Source: Candidatus Methanoperedenaceae archaeon
GTDB lineage: Archaea; Halobacteriota; Methanosarcinia; Methanosarcinales; Methanoperedenaceae
Assembly: GCA_963753595.1 (NCBI GenBank)
Contig: CAVWCX010000024.1
Location: 1 to 64,000 of the forward strand
DNA: 64,000 nucleotides
Reading direction: 5' to 3'
Made by a program: the position numbers and the translations under genes. The notes under the pieces were generated by a model. The model searched no databases, was not told the DNA's origin, and saw only the letters and a program-made list of their open reading frames with translations. This document shows, one piece after another, positions 31,329 to 40,673 of this stretch; the stretch's first letter is position 1, and every line of letters begins with the position of its first letter.

Positions 31329-31736
31329 TCAATATTTGTATGAATCAACCTCTTCTAATGCTTTTTTCTCTTTTTTCAGAGGTTGATCTTTGACATCCAC
31401 ATCATGAAAATCTGTTTTCTGTGTTTCTTTGACCTTGCCAATATTCCCTGCAATTTTTCGAAGGGATTCCATGGATTCTTTTGTCTGTGGCCTGGGCTTT
31501 GGTTTTGCTTTTCCTCTTTTCAATTTATAACCCAGGGGCTTTAATTCTGATTTTAAAAGTCCCAGCTCCACTTTTCGTTTATTTATCAGGTCAAGGATCG
31601 GCTTTCGTGCATTTTCAGGCAATTTCTCAAGCATCCGTTCCAGATTTTCAAGGGACTTATCTTTTTCCGGTTGGTTTTCCAACTGCTTTTCCGGTTCTTT
31701 ATTTGTAGTTTCTTTATTTGTAATATCGTTATCCAT
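31329..31736 (-). CDS. Hypothetical charged protein
   Basis: 135-aa ORF in an apparent operon with purD. Confidence 0.6.
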   Translation of the reverse strand: MDNDITNKETTNKEPEKQLENQPEKDKSLENLERMLEKLPENARKPILDLINKRKVELGLLKSELKPLGYKLKRGKAKPKPRPQTKESMESLRKIAGNIGKVKETQKTDFHDVDVKDQPLKKEKKALEEVDSYKY

Positions 31737-31753
31737 AATTATATTCTATATGT

Positions 31754-33055
31754 TCAGTTTGGCCTTAACTCTTTCATATGCTTGATCCTTTTCATGATGA
31801 GCTCATCTGTACCTATATCACGCCTGCTGTGCAATGCTCCTTTCAAACATGACAGGCCATCCTGGGCCTTTTTTTCTGCATTTTTGATAGTATCTGCAAT
31901 TCCAAGGACAGCAAGAGCCCTTGAGCCGGTAGTATATATTTTATTATCTTTTTCATAAACGCTTGAATAAAAAAGAAAAGAATCTCTCAGTTTATTAATT
32001 TCCACAACAGAATCCTTTACCGGATTATCAGGATAGCCGGCAGGAACTGCATACTTGCATACCGTTGCTTGTTTTTTGAATTTTACATTGATCTTATCAA
32101 GTGTTCCATTGACGATATTTGAACATACCTCAAGGAAATCAGTTTCAAGAAGAGGCAGAACATTCATTGCTTCCGGGTCTCCGAAGCGCGCATTGAATTC
32201 TATGACCGATATACCATAAGCCGTTGCCATGAACTGGCCATACAGGATGCCCTGGTAAGGAACACCGGTTTCTTTTTTTATCGCCCTTACGGTTTCGCTC
32301 ATTATCTTTTTAGCTTCACTGTAATCGGATACTTTCATAAAAGGTAAAATATCTTTTGAATCATTGTATGAACCCATCCCGCCTGTATTGGGTCCTTTAT
32401 CTCCATCAAATGCCCGCTTATGATCCTGTACAGATGGCGCGAATGCAAGGGTTTTACCATCCACAAATGCCTGGACAGTGAACTCTTCACCGATCAGGCG
32501 CTCTTCGATAACGACGTCGTCATTTTTCAGGACTTCCAGGGCATAGGCCTTTGCACCTTCAATATCAAAATGATCTCCCATGACCCTGACACCTTTTCCG
32601 CCTGTGAGACCGGCTGGTTTTATTACAACATCACCAAGCTCGTCGATGAATTTATCTGTTCCGCTTTCCCCTTTCCTGAACACTTTAAAACCAGGGCATC
32701 CTGTAATTCCGTGTTTCTTCATAAAATCGCGGGTCCATGCCTTATCAAATTCGATCTGCGCTGCAAGCCGGCGCGGTCCGACGACCGGGATCCCGGCATT
32801 CCATAACCGATCCGAAATACCAGCCGCAAGAGGAGCTTCAGGACCGATTATTGCAAGTTCGATATTGTTCCTTACAGCAAAATCTACAACGCCCGGGTCT
32901 GTTTCTTTTATAAGCAGGAAATCTTTACATAAACGTGCGATACCAGGATTTTTCTTGTTCATGGCTGCATAAAGCTGCGGATTCCCGGAACTTCGTGCGA
33001 TGGATTCTGCGATGGCGTGTTCCCTTCCTCCGCCTCCGATTAATAGGACTTTCAT
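31754..33055 (-). CDS. purD: Phosphoribosylamine-glycine ligase
   Basis: [27 protein letters not shown] and [10 protein letters not shown] motifs. Confidence 0.96.
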   Translation of the reverse strand: MKVLLIGGGGREHAIAESIARSSGNPQLYAAMNKKNPGIARLCKDFLLIKETDPGVVDFAVRNNIELAIIGPEAPLAAGISDRLWNAGIPVVGPRRLAAQIEFDKAWTRDFMKKHGITGCPGFKVFRKGESGTDKFIDELGDVVIKPAGLTGGKGVRVMGDHFDIEGAKAYALEVLKNDDVVIEERLIGEEFTVQAFVDGKTLAFAPSVQDHKRAFDGDKGPNTGGMGSYNDSKDILPFMKVSDYSEAKKIMSETVRAIKKETGVPYQGILYGQFMATAYGISVIEFNARFGDPEAMNVLPLLETDFLEVCSNIVNGTLDKINVKFKKQATVCKYAVPAGYPDNPVKDSVVEINKLRDSFLFYSSVYEKDNKIYTTGSRALAVLGIADTIKNAEKKAQDGLSCLKGALHSRRDIGTDELIMKRIKHMKELRPN

Positions 33056-33164
33056 AGATACACCAGAATGTGTATAAAAATAAAAATGTTCTGGTTAATT
33101 TTGTTAATCCCGATTAAATGGTTCATTGATATACATAAAAAAGAGAAAAAATTGAAGATCAGGT

Positions 33165-33731
33165 CTATAAAAGGCCCAATCCGTCAAGCTCAATTACTAT
33201 CTTCTCAACTGCTGCTTCGGCATCTTCTGGTTTCTTTCCGCCCGTTACCACAAGTTTCCCTGATCCGAATAAAAGCATGACAACTTTCGGGACTGAAAGC
33301 CTGTAAACAAGACCCGGGAACTGTTCAGGTTCATATTCGATATTCTCAAGTCCAAGGCCAATGGCTATGGCATTAAGGTTCAGCACTCTTCCGAGATCGG
33401 CTGAGGCCACGATATTCTGTATCACTATTTCTGGTTTTGCCGGTATATCAACACCCATTGTCTTTAATTTATCAAACACTTTGTTAAGACCCACACCCAC
33501 ATCAGCTATACTTTTTGCTCCTGTGCAGACGATCTTTCCGCTTCCGAATATCAATGCTGCGGTTTTCGGGTTTGCAGTCCTGTAAACGACACCGGGGAAT
33601 CTCTCCTTATTATAATCCGCTCCTTCAAGGACCCTTATGACTTCATTAAGGTCAAGTTTTGCCCCAATAGCTGTCGATGCAACCACATTTTCGATTTTTA
33701 TAGTCTTTTTTGGTTCCGTAGTATTTACCAT
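33165..33731 (-). CDS. tbp: TATA-box binding protein
   Basis: Two repeats with IENVVAS / IQNIVAS, LIFGSGKIVCTGAK and YEPEQFPGL; start MVNT. Confidence 0.97.
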   Translation of the reverse strand: MVNTTEPKKTIKIENVVASTAIGAKLDLNEVIRVLEGADYNKERFPGVVYRTANPKTAALIFGSGKIVCTGAKSIADVGVGLNKVFDKLKTMGVDIPAKPEIVIQNIVASADLGRVLNLNAIAIGLGLENIEYEPEQFPGLVYRLSVPKVVMLLFGSGKLVVTGGKKPEDAEAAVEKIVIELDGLGLL

Positions 33732-33875
33732 ATTCTCACCTTTATATAGGGTATTTAAAGCTTTATATATGTTGGGGTACAATTCGCCTGATTATATTAG
33801 ATGATTATAATAGATGCTCATATAATATTAAAATCTAAGATATCTTTAACTACAATGAACTTATTAAAGGCAAAT

Positions 33876-33935
33876 AGTGGCGGGAGAAAATCCCGCAGGG
33901 ATGTGGCCTTACAAGGCTGAACCGTAAAACTAAAC
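33876..33935 (+). promoter_or_regulatory. Structured 5' leader of rpl15e (consistent with the eL15-Euryarchaeota ribosomal leader)
   Basis: GCGGGA-GAAAA-TCCCGC hairpin and GCCTT-AC-AAGGC hairpin immediately upstream of the eL15 SD. Confidence 0.6.
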
Positions 33936-33945
33936 TGGAGAAAAC

Positions 33946-34533
33946 ATGAAATCAATGTACGCGTTCATCAGGGACGCTTGGAAAAAACCCGACGAATCAG
34001 GTGTCGGTGAACTCTTATGGGAAAGAATGCAGGTATGGAGACGCGAACCGGCAGTAACAAGGCTGGACCATCCGACAAGACTTGACAGGGCAAGAGCCCT
34101 TGGTTTTAAAGCAAAACAGGGTATTGCAGTAGCACGCGTGAGAATAAGACGCGGAGGAAGGCGAAAATCAAGATGGCAGCGCGGAAGACGAACCAAACAC
34201 ATGGGCGTCAATAAGATCACACCTGGAAAGAGCATCCAGAGTATTGGTGAAGAGCGTGTAGCACGCAGATTCCCAAATATGCAGGTTTTGAACAGCTATT
34301 GGGTAGGTCAGGACGGCAAACACAAATGGTATGAGGTAATAGTCGTTGACCCGAACCATCCTTCGATAAAGGTTGATAAAAACCTTAAATGGATGTGCAG
34401 TAATAAACAGAAAGGCCGCGTATTCAGAGGAAAGACAAGCGCAGGCAGAAAGGGCAGGGGCCAGAGACGAAAGGGCATAGGAACTGAGAAAACAAGACCC
34501 AGCCTGAGATCCCACCACAATACTGGCAAATGA
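33946..34533 (+). CDS. rpl15e: 50S ribosomal protein L15e
   Basis: [28 protein letters not shown] and RGKTSAGRK motifs. Confidence 0.97.
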   Translation: MKSMYAFIRDAWKKPDESGVGELLWERMQVWRREPAVTRLDHPTRLDRARALGFKAKQGIAVARVRIRRGGRRKSRWQRGRRTKHMGVNKITPGKSIQSIGEERVARRFPNMQVLNSYWVGQDGKHKWYEVIVVDPNHPSIKVDKNLKWMCSNKQKGRVFRGKTSAGRKGRGQRRKGIGTEKTRPSLRSHHNTGK

Positions 34534-34949
34534 GTATACATTATATCACTTTTCGGGCAAGCGTTCACGCTACCGAAAGTGATGACAGGGTAAAAACAGC
34601 CCTGTCGCTTTTTCTTTTTGATAATAAGATAACGCAAACACAGACCGAAGGTCATTTTGGCAATCCAATTACCTTACTTCAGGGACAGGTCAGGGGTAAA
34701 GACTACAAACGTTTTATAGATCTTTTAAAATCAAGTTTGCCGGAATATGAGCTTGAAAAGCTAAGGAATGAACGATGCGAGAGGATCGATGATGAATGCT
34801 GTTTGCATATCAGGTTCGATAAGCAGGCTGCTTTTGAAGGACAGGTCAGGCTTGCAACGACTGCCGATACGATAATAGCAAAAATAAAGATTAGAGCATA
34901 TCCGGCTAATTACGAAAATGCAATTGAGGCTGCAGAAGCTCTTTTTTGA
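34530..34949 (+). CDS. DUF54/UPF0201 RNA-binding protein
   Basis: HATES..V, GHFGNPI and RFDKQAA motifs; conserved neighbour of rpl15e. Confidence 0.85.
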   Translation: MSIHYITFRASVHATESDDRVKTALSLFLFDNKITQTQTEGHFGNPITLLQGQVRGKDYKRFIDLLKSSLPEYELEKLRNERCERIDDECCLHIRFDKQAAFEGQVRLATTADTIIAKIKIRAYPANYENAIEAAEALF

Positions 34950-35186
34950 TATTGGTCTATTCAGTCATTTGGAATTTCCCAAATATCGCACAGCAGAACT
35001 TGAAAATGTGAATTGGTCATGTATCCCATATATACAAAATGATGGTGCTAATTTGGTCTAATTTTATTCACCAAAATGAATTGAACCCCCCTTAACATCC
35101 CCATATTCCTAAAATTACCATTATGGAACAAAACCTTTATCATTTATCGATACATTTACGGGGTACCCCCATCATTGAATCAATGT

Positions 35187-35259
35187 GCCTGGGTGGGGTA
35201 GCTGGTTATCCTATGGGACTGTGGATCCTACGACCCGGGTTCGAATCCCGGCCCGGGCC
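35187..35259 (+). tRNA. tRNA-His (GTG)
   Basis: Cloverleaf: acceptor GCCTGGG/CCCGGGC, D arm GGGT..ATCC, anticodon loop CT-GTG-GA, T arm CCGGG-TTCGAAT-CCCGG, discriminator C. Confidence 0.93.
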
Positions 35260-35286
35260 TATTGTTTTTATTTGGAGCTCTGCATA

Positions 35287-36254
35287 TGGCCAAATATAAT
35301 ATTTCAAGAATTATTAAGCCAAAAAAACAATATATTTTTATTTTACTGGCAGTAATAATTTTACTTTTTATTTTGGGTTCAGGCATATTTAAAACACAGG
35401 AAATACTTGAAAAACCAAAGCCCTCAGTTTCAATTGGTTGTGACAGGGTTTTATGGAAAGATACGGAAGAATTACTCGAAGCAACGGTCAAGAACATAGA
35501 TAATCCCTCATTTGAATGGAAATCAGACGGCACAAATATCGGTAATGGCCAGAAACTTTTACAAAAATTTGAGATAGGAGAGCACTCAGTATTGCTCAAT
35601 ATGACTTTCAATGACCAGACGCTTTCTGCAAAAAAATCCATTTTTGTCATTGATTCGGTAGATGGTATTACTATTCGCGAATATGCAGCTTCAAAAAACC
35701 AGTGGGGATTCCAGACCATGTTCAAAGGAAAAAATACAGGAGTTAAAGGGGTGATGATCTATATCGATTCATCTTCTCCATCAGAAGTAAATGCTTGCGG
35801 GGCACTCTCAACAAAAGCGCTTTTTTCAGGAAACCACACATGGACGGCAGAATACCGTGGTGCCCGGATAGCATACGGAACTTTCAATATCAAGGAAACA
35901 AGCGAACTGAAGATCGCCAGAATTGATATCGCGCCAAGCTATTCTGCTGGTAGTGAAGTTAAGGCAAAAATAATTCTTATGAATACAGGGTCTGTTGCGA
36001 TCACAGATTTTGAAACAAAGACTATTGCAATAAATAATGATTATGCCTGGATGGGAGATAAAGCAAAACGAGAATTTTCCGATCAATATAATGCAGATAT
36101 CCAGCCAGGTGCGTCATATGAGATCCCGATACAGATGACTATTCCAGAAAAAGTAAGTGGAATAAGACCATCTGGAAAATATAGTATTACAGTTAATTTA
36201 TTATTACATGGAAAAACAATTGATACAAAAATAGTATCAACGCAAGTCACATAA
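35287..36254 (+). CDS. Membrane-anchored secreted protein with Ig-like (PKD/CARDB-like) beta domains
   Basis: N-terminal TM, beta-rich body (FEWKSDG..., MNTGSV..., SGKYSITV); start MAKYN assumed. Confidence 0.65.
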
Positions 36255-36273
36255 GTTAAAATTAGGTTTCATT

Positions 36274-36479
36274 AATTCCTTTACAAAATTTTGTATATTG
36301 CTTCCCGTAACGGTATTTATCCACCAAAATCCCGTTACGCAATACATACAATAATTTCCCGTTACGCAATTGTGTATGTTGATTTCCGTAACGGTATTTA
36401 TGGACTGAAATTCCGTTACGGGATTTGACCAGAAAAATCCCGTTACGCAATTCGTCTAAAAAATTCCCGTTACGGGAAG
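36274..36479. repeat. Array of 17-bp palindromes with an exact 27-bp period and variable 10-nt linkers
   Basis: CCGTWACGS cores at 36305, 36332, 36359, 36386, 36413, 36440 and 36467, plus a degenerate copy at 36278. Confidence 0.92.
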
Positions 36480-36648
36480 TAAGTATAATATTTTTATTTA
36501 AACCTCTTATTTTAATTTATAGGACACGTTCTATAATCTGGCAAAGGTTAATCTATCCCTGGCAATAATTATCATTAGGATATTTTTTTGTTTTTAAAAA
36601 TATTTGCGTTTTTTGGGCAAAAAACACCCAAAAAAAGGCAAAAGCAGT

Positions 36649-36684
36649 AAAAACTGTATATAATATTTGTTATATACAGTTTTT
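36649..36684. other. dif-like tyrosine-recombinase site (11-6-11)
   Basis: ACTGTATATAA-TATTTG-TTATATACAGT; perfect arms extend to 15 bp; TATAA-N6-TTATA core as in archaeal dif sites. Confidence 0.7.
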
Positions 36685-36694
36685 TTGGCTAAAA

Positions 36695-37105
36695 ATGAAT
36701 CGAAATCTCTATTTGATGTTAGTAATATTTTATGCCGACGTGACCAATAAAAAATACATCAGAAAGAACTATATAACCTGCAGCAGATGCGGAAGAAAAA
36801 AAATCCATCATGCACATGGATTATGCAGTGGATGCTATATGTCGGTTCATCGAATAGAACAGATAAAAAAACATAACGCTGAAGCGTATCATAATATTCC
36901 CTACGATTTATACCTAAAAATAACAGAAAAATGCTACATATGCGGTTTTGATTCTATAGTTGAACTTCATCATATTGATGAAAACCATGAAAATATATCC
37001 TTGAATAACCTTGTCGGTTTATGTCCTAATCACCATGCTATGATCCATCATAGAGATTTCAATACAGAAATAAAAAAATTGATAACTTGTATTCAAATCC
37101 AATAA
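36695..37105 (+). CDS. Zn-ribbon + HNH endonuclease-like protein
   Basis: CxxC..H..GLCxxC N-terminal Zn module; CYICG...ELHHIDENH..N...NLVGLCPNHH HNH domain; exact start uncertain. Confidence 0.85.
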   Translation: MNRNLYLMLVIFYADVTNKKYIRKNYITCSRCGRKKIHHAHGLCSGCYMSVHRIEQIKKHNAEAYHNIPYDLYLKITEKCYICGFDSIVELHHIDENHENISLNNLVGLCPNHHAMIHHRDFNTEIKKLITCIQIQ

Positions 37106-37178
37106 ATCCAAAGCTCATTTATAAAATATTATAGGGATAATTATAATAATATCAAACTCCATTAATGAAAACTGATTT

Positions 37179-38009
37179 ATGATAGTAGATGAGCGTCTTA
37201 AAAAGCTTAACACTGAGGCAAAGTTGAGAGGCTTCTCACCTCAGACAACAAAAATGTATTTGTTTTATAATCAGAAATTACTTGAATATACAAGAAAGGA
37301 ACCAGCAGATATCACAGAAGATGACATAAAAGATTATCTGGGATCCAAACTTTCTGACGATTCACTTTCAAATGCTACGATAGCGCTAATAAAAGCTGCC
37401 TTTAAATTTTTTTATACAGAAATTCTTGGAAAAAATATCTCTCAAATAAAAACTCCAAAGAGGTCACAAAAACTTCCAATAGTCCTTAGCCGGACTGAGA
37501 TAAAAAACCTCATTGAAAAAACAGAAAATATCAAGCACAGGCTTATAATTGAACTCCTCTATTCCACCGGTTTGAGACTTTCAGAATGTATCAACCTGAA
37601 ATATTCTGACCTTGATCTAAATGATGGTATAGGCTGGGTTCGTTTGGGAAAAGGTTCAAAAGACAGAATTTTTATTATTTCTGAGGTATTCAAGAAAGAT
37701 CTCCTCGACTACAAAGAGAAAAATGGTTCAGATGGAAAAGGATACATATTTTTAGTAAATGGTAAAAAAATGACATATAGAGGCATTCAGCACGCCATAA
37801 AAGTATCCGCTTTGCGCGCCGGCATCGAGAAATCCGTGCATGTGCACACGCTGCGGCATTCTTTTGCAACACACCTTCTTGAGAACGGTGTCGATATAAG
37901 GAAAATACAAAAGCTGCTTGGGCATTCGAATTTACAGACTACGCAGATATACACACAGGTATCTTCTGAGGAGATAAAGAAGATCAAAAGCCCGCTGGAT
38001 ATGCTTTGA
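37179..38009 (+). CDS. XerA/XerD-like tyrosine recombinase
   Basis: Complete catalytic set: TGLRLSE (R), GKGSK (K), HTLRH, LGH and TTQIY; N-terminal SAM-like domain; no integron-specific insertion apparent. Confidence 0.93.
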   Translation: MIVDERLKKLNTEAKLRGFSPQTTKMYLFYNQKLLEYTRKEPADITEDDIKDYLGSKLSDDSLSNATIALIKAAFKFFYTEILGKNISQIKTPKRSQKLPIVLSRTEIKNLIEKTENIKHRLIIELLYSTGLRLSECINLKYSDLDLNDGIGWVRLGKGSKDRIFIISEVFKKDLLDYKEKNGSDGKGYIFLVNGKKMTYRGIQHAIKVSALRAGIEKSVHVHTLRHSFATHLLENGVDIRKIQKLLGHSNLQTTQIYTQVSSEEIKKIKSPLDML

Positions 38010-38019
38010 TGTTATAAAT

Positions 38020-38047
38020 AAAATATATAATAATATTTATATTATTA
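38020..38047. other. Degenerate dif-like site just downstream of the recombinase
   Basis: AAAATATATAA-TAATAT-TTATATTATTA; AT-rich, so it could be a chance match. Confidence 0.4.
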
Positions 38048-38329
38048 CTATTTTATCTCGCTTTGATGTTGGTCATATATCAGTCTTTCTTTTTCTTTCT
38101 TTAGTTCCATTTCCCTGCGAGCAATTGCTTTCATAGCTTCAGTAGGTTTATAGTTCAAATTGATCCTGTGTTTCTGCTCCCGGGTATATACAACATAACC
38201 ATACAACAGGAATGCAACTGTTGCGATCGGTATCAGAAATACCCATCCGACAACAAAACCCATAAAAGCTAACCCTATCAATGAGACAAACCCAAGTCTT
38301 AACTTTCTATTCTTAAAGATTTCCTTCAT
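38048..38329 (-). CDS. Small membrane protein
   Basis: 93 aa, hydrophobic N-terminal hairpin, charged C-terminus; GGGAG SD. Confidence 0.65.
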   Translation of the reverse strand: MKEIFKNRKLRLGFVSLIGLAFMGFVVGWVFLIPIATVAFLLYGYVVYTREQKHRINLNYKPTEAMKAIARREMELKKEKERLIYDQHQSEIK

Positions 38330-38425
38330 ATCGAAACTCCCTTTTCATTACATTTCATATTTCTACTCCATAGTGATAATTGTTTCGTAGGAGAACGAAC
38401 TAACTATTGAATATAATTTGTATTT

Positions 38426-38469
38426 AATTGCGTAACGGAATTTTTTTGAATGATTAGCGTAACGGAATT
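38426..38469. repeat. Two 17-bp palindromes, 27 bp apart
   Basis: AATTGCGTAACGGAATT (38426) and ATTAGCGTAACGGAATT (38453). Confidence 0.85.
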
Positions 38470-38526
38470 TATAGAATATCTTTGAAAGATTAGTCAGTAA
38501 TATTTCCCATTTTAATATGATGAGTA

Positions 38527-38618
38527 AGTGGGCAGAAAGGGGGATTATGGTGGTATAGAAAAAATTTCTCTGCCCACTACAATTCGTATATATACGAACA
38601 AAACTATATATAGTTTAC
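38527..38618 (-). ncRNA. Putative small hairpin RNA unit 1 (TATA + TTCG-N8-CGAA operator + stem-loop)
   Basis: Minus strand: AAACTATATATAG..TTCGTATATATACGAA..GTAGTGGGCAGA-loop-TCTGCCCACT; paralog at 38665-38765. Confidence 0.45.
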
Positions 38619-38664
38619 GTTTCTTGTAAAATCACATATTATCCTCTAAAACCTGGTATAGGAG

Positions 38665-38765
38665 GTAGTGGGCTTTTGGGATTTATGGTGGTGTGGTATC
38701 GAAAAAAAATATTTTTCTGCCCACTACAATTCGTATATATGCGAACCAAAGTATTTATAGTTTAC
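38665..38765 (-). ncRNA. Putative small hairpin RNA unit 2
   Basis: Minus strand: AAACTATAAATAC..TTCGCATATATACGAA..GTAGTGGGC-loop-GCCCACTAC. Confidence 0.45.
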
Positions 38766-38863
38766 TGTCATAATCATTATAAGTATTAATATGCATGAAT
38801 ATCTGACCTGGAACACCTGTTGCTTGTATCGTTGCTCGTTATAATTTCACGATTCTTATAACA

Positions 38864-38931
38864 AAATCCGTAACGGCATTTCTAACAAAAAATTGCGTAA
38901 CGGCATCTTTATATATTCCCGTAACGCAATT
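38864..38931. repeat. Three 17-bp palindromes (27- and 24-bp spacing)
   Basis: Cores at 38868, 38895 and 38919. Confidence 0.85.
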
Positions 38932-38939
38932 AGAATATC

Positions 38940-39185
38940 ATGACTGAACGTAAATATACCCGCTGGAAAAAATGCCTTATATGTGATGATTTTGTAAAAC
39001 TCATGTTCCCGGAGGACGCAAAGGATATGCTCATGATCTACGAACCCGTAGAAGGAATGAGCGATGAATCCGGGAACTGGAAAAAAAAACAAATGGGATA
39101 TATACACCGGTCATGTCTTCTAAAAGCAGCATCACTGAAGCCAAACAATGAAGAAAGAAACAGCAGTAGTTCAGAGGTCGTATAG
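38940..39185 (+). CDS. Small Zn-finger-like hypothetical protein coupled to ubiD
   Basis: CxxC...HxxC; stop overlaps the ubiD start. Confidence 0.6.
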   Translation: MTERKYTRWKKCLICDDFVKLMFPEDAKDMLMIYEPVEGMSDESGNWKKKQMGYIHRSCLLKAASLKPNNEERNSSSSEVV

Positions 39186-40627
39186 TGGCATATAAGGATT
39201 TAAGGGAATTTATTGAAGTTCTCGAAAAACGAGGACTTCTGAAGCGGATAAAAACAGAAGTAAGTGCAGAGCTTGAGATCACTGAAATTCTTGACAGGTG
39301 TATGAAAAATAACGGCCCTGCACTTCTTTTTGAAAATGTATTAGGCTATAAGATGCCTGTATTTGCAAATGCGTTCGGTACAATGGAACGAATGTGCCTT
39401 GCACTTGACGTAAATGATCTTGATGAAATCGGTGCAAGGATAAAAAAGCTCATGGAATTTGAAGCCCCATCCGGATTATGGGAGGGAATAAAAAAGCTGC
39501 CTGAGGTAGTTGAACTTACATCATTTGCCCCCAAATATGTAAGATCAGGCCCGTGCAAAGAAGTAATTCTTAAAGATAAATTTTCACTTGATGATTTCCC
39601 TGTATTGAAATGCTGGCCCGGGGACGGGGGGCGCTTTATAACGCTTCCTCTTGTATTCACAAAAAACCCAAAAACCCGGAAGCAGAACGTAGGAATGTAC
39701 AGGATGCAGGTATATGATGCAAAAACAACAGGCATGCACTGGCATATCCATAAACACGGGGCGAGGGATTACGCTGATTCAGCAGGTAACGGAAAAATCG
39801 AGGTTGCCGTCGCTATCGGGGCAGATCCTTCTGTTGTATATTCAGCAACTGCGCCGCTTCCCGATAATATCGATGAGATAATGTTTGCCGGGTTCCTCCG
39901 TAAAAAGAACGTGGAGCTTGTTAAATGTGAAACTGTTGACCTTTATGTCCCCGCACATGCCGAAATTATCCTTGAAGGATATGTGGATGAAAAAGAGCGC
40001 CGCACAGAAGGACCTTTCGGCGACCACACAGGATATTATTCACTCGCAGATGAGTTCCCGGTATTCCATATAACATGCATTACACACCGAAAGAATCCCA
40101 TTTATCATGCCACCATCGTGGGAATACCGCCAATGGAAGACGCATATCTTGGAAAAGCAACAGAAAGGATCTTCCTTCCGCTCATGAAAGCCCAGCTTCC
40201 TGAAATTGTCGATGTCAACCTGCCTGTTGAAGCTGTTTTCCATAACCTGTGCATTGTATCCATAAAAAAGCGGTATCCAGGACATGCAAAGAAAGTCATG
40301 TTCGCACTCTGGGGAATGGGACAGATGATGTTCGCTAAGACCATAATCGTGCTTGATGATGATGTGAATATCCAGGACATGAGGGAAGTTCTCTGGGCAA
40401 CAACGACGCGAATGGATCCTGCCAGGGATGTTACGATCATTGATAATGCGCCGACAGATACGCTTGATCATGCTTCGAAAATGGCCAACCTCGGTTCCAA
40501 AATGGGAATTGATGCCACACGAAAAGGACAGGATGAAGGATTCAACCGGGAATGGCCTGATGCTTTGAAAATGGATGCAAGAGTAAAAGCGCGGGTGGAT
40601 ACGATATGGAAGGAGCTCGGATTATAA
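39185..40627 (+). CDS. ubiD: UbiD-family decarboxylase (menaquinone biosynthesis type)
   Basis: WPGDGG, NVGMYRMQ, EGPFGDHTGYY and LDHAS..GSKMGIDAT motifs. Confidence 0.92.
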   Translation: MAYKDLREFIEVLEKRGLLKRIKTEVSAELEITEILDRCMKNNGPALLFENVLGYKMPVFANAFGTMERMCLALDVNDLDEIGARIKKLMEFEAPSGLWEGIKKLPEVVELTSFAPKYVRSGPCKEVILKDKFSLDDFPVLKCWPGDGGRFITLPLVFTKNPKTRKQNVGMYRMQVYDAKTTGMHWHIHKHGARDYADSAGNGKIEVAVAIGADPSVVYSATAPLPDNIDEIMFAGFLRKKNVELVKCETVDLYVPAHAEIILEGYVDEKERRTEGPFGDHTGYYSLADEFPVFHITCITHRKNPIYHATIVGIPPMEDAYLGKATERIFLPLMKAQLPEIVDVNLPVEAVFHNLCIVSIKKRYPGHAKKVMFALWGMGQMMFAKTIIVLDDDVNIQDMREVLWATTTRMDPARDVTIIDNAPTDTLDHASKMANLGSKMGIDATRKGQDEGFNREWPDALKMDARVKARVDTIWKELGL

Positions 40628-40673
40628 TCAAACGTTGAATGCAAACAGAGGCAGAGCTGCGTGGTTACAAGGA

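Noticed and set aside
36262-36450. 62-aa minus-strand ORF with RNG/RYG every 9 residues
   Set aside because: Best explained as a read-through of the 27-bp DNA array: the conserved part is a DNA palindrome that also occurs in non-coding clusters elsewhere, and the ORF has a TTG start with no SD.
36274-36479. CRISPR array
   Set aside because: 17-bp repeats with 10-nt spacers are far below CRISPR dimensions, and there are no cas genes in the window.
37179-38009. Integron integrase with attC cassettes
   Set aside because: The protein is short (276 aa) and lacks the IntI-specific insertion before HxxR; no convincing attC sites were seen.
35187-39185. Classical tRNA-integrated element (attL/attR)
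   Set aside because: No duplicate of the tRNA-His 3' end was found downstream, and no rep, capsid or conjugation genes are present.
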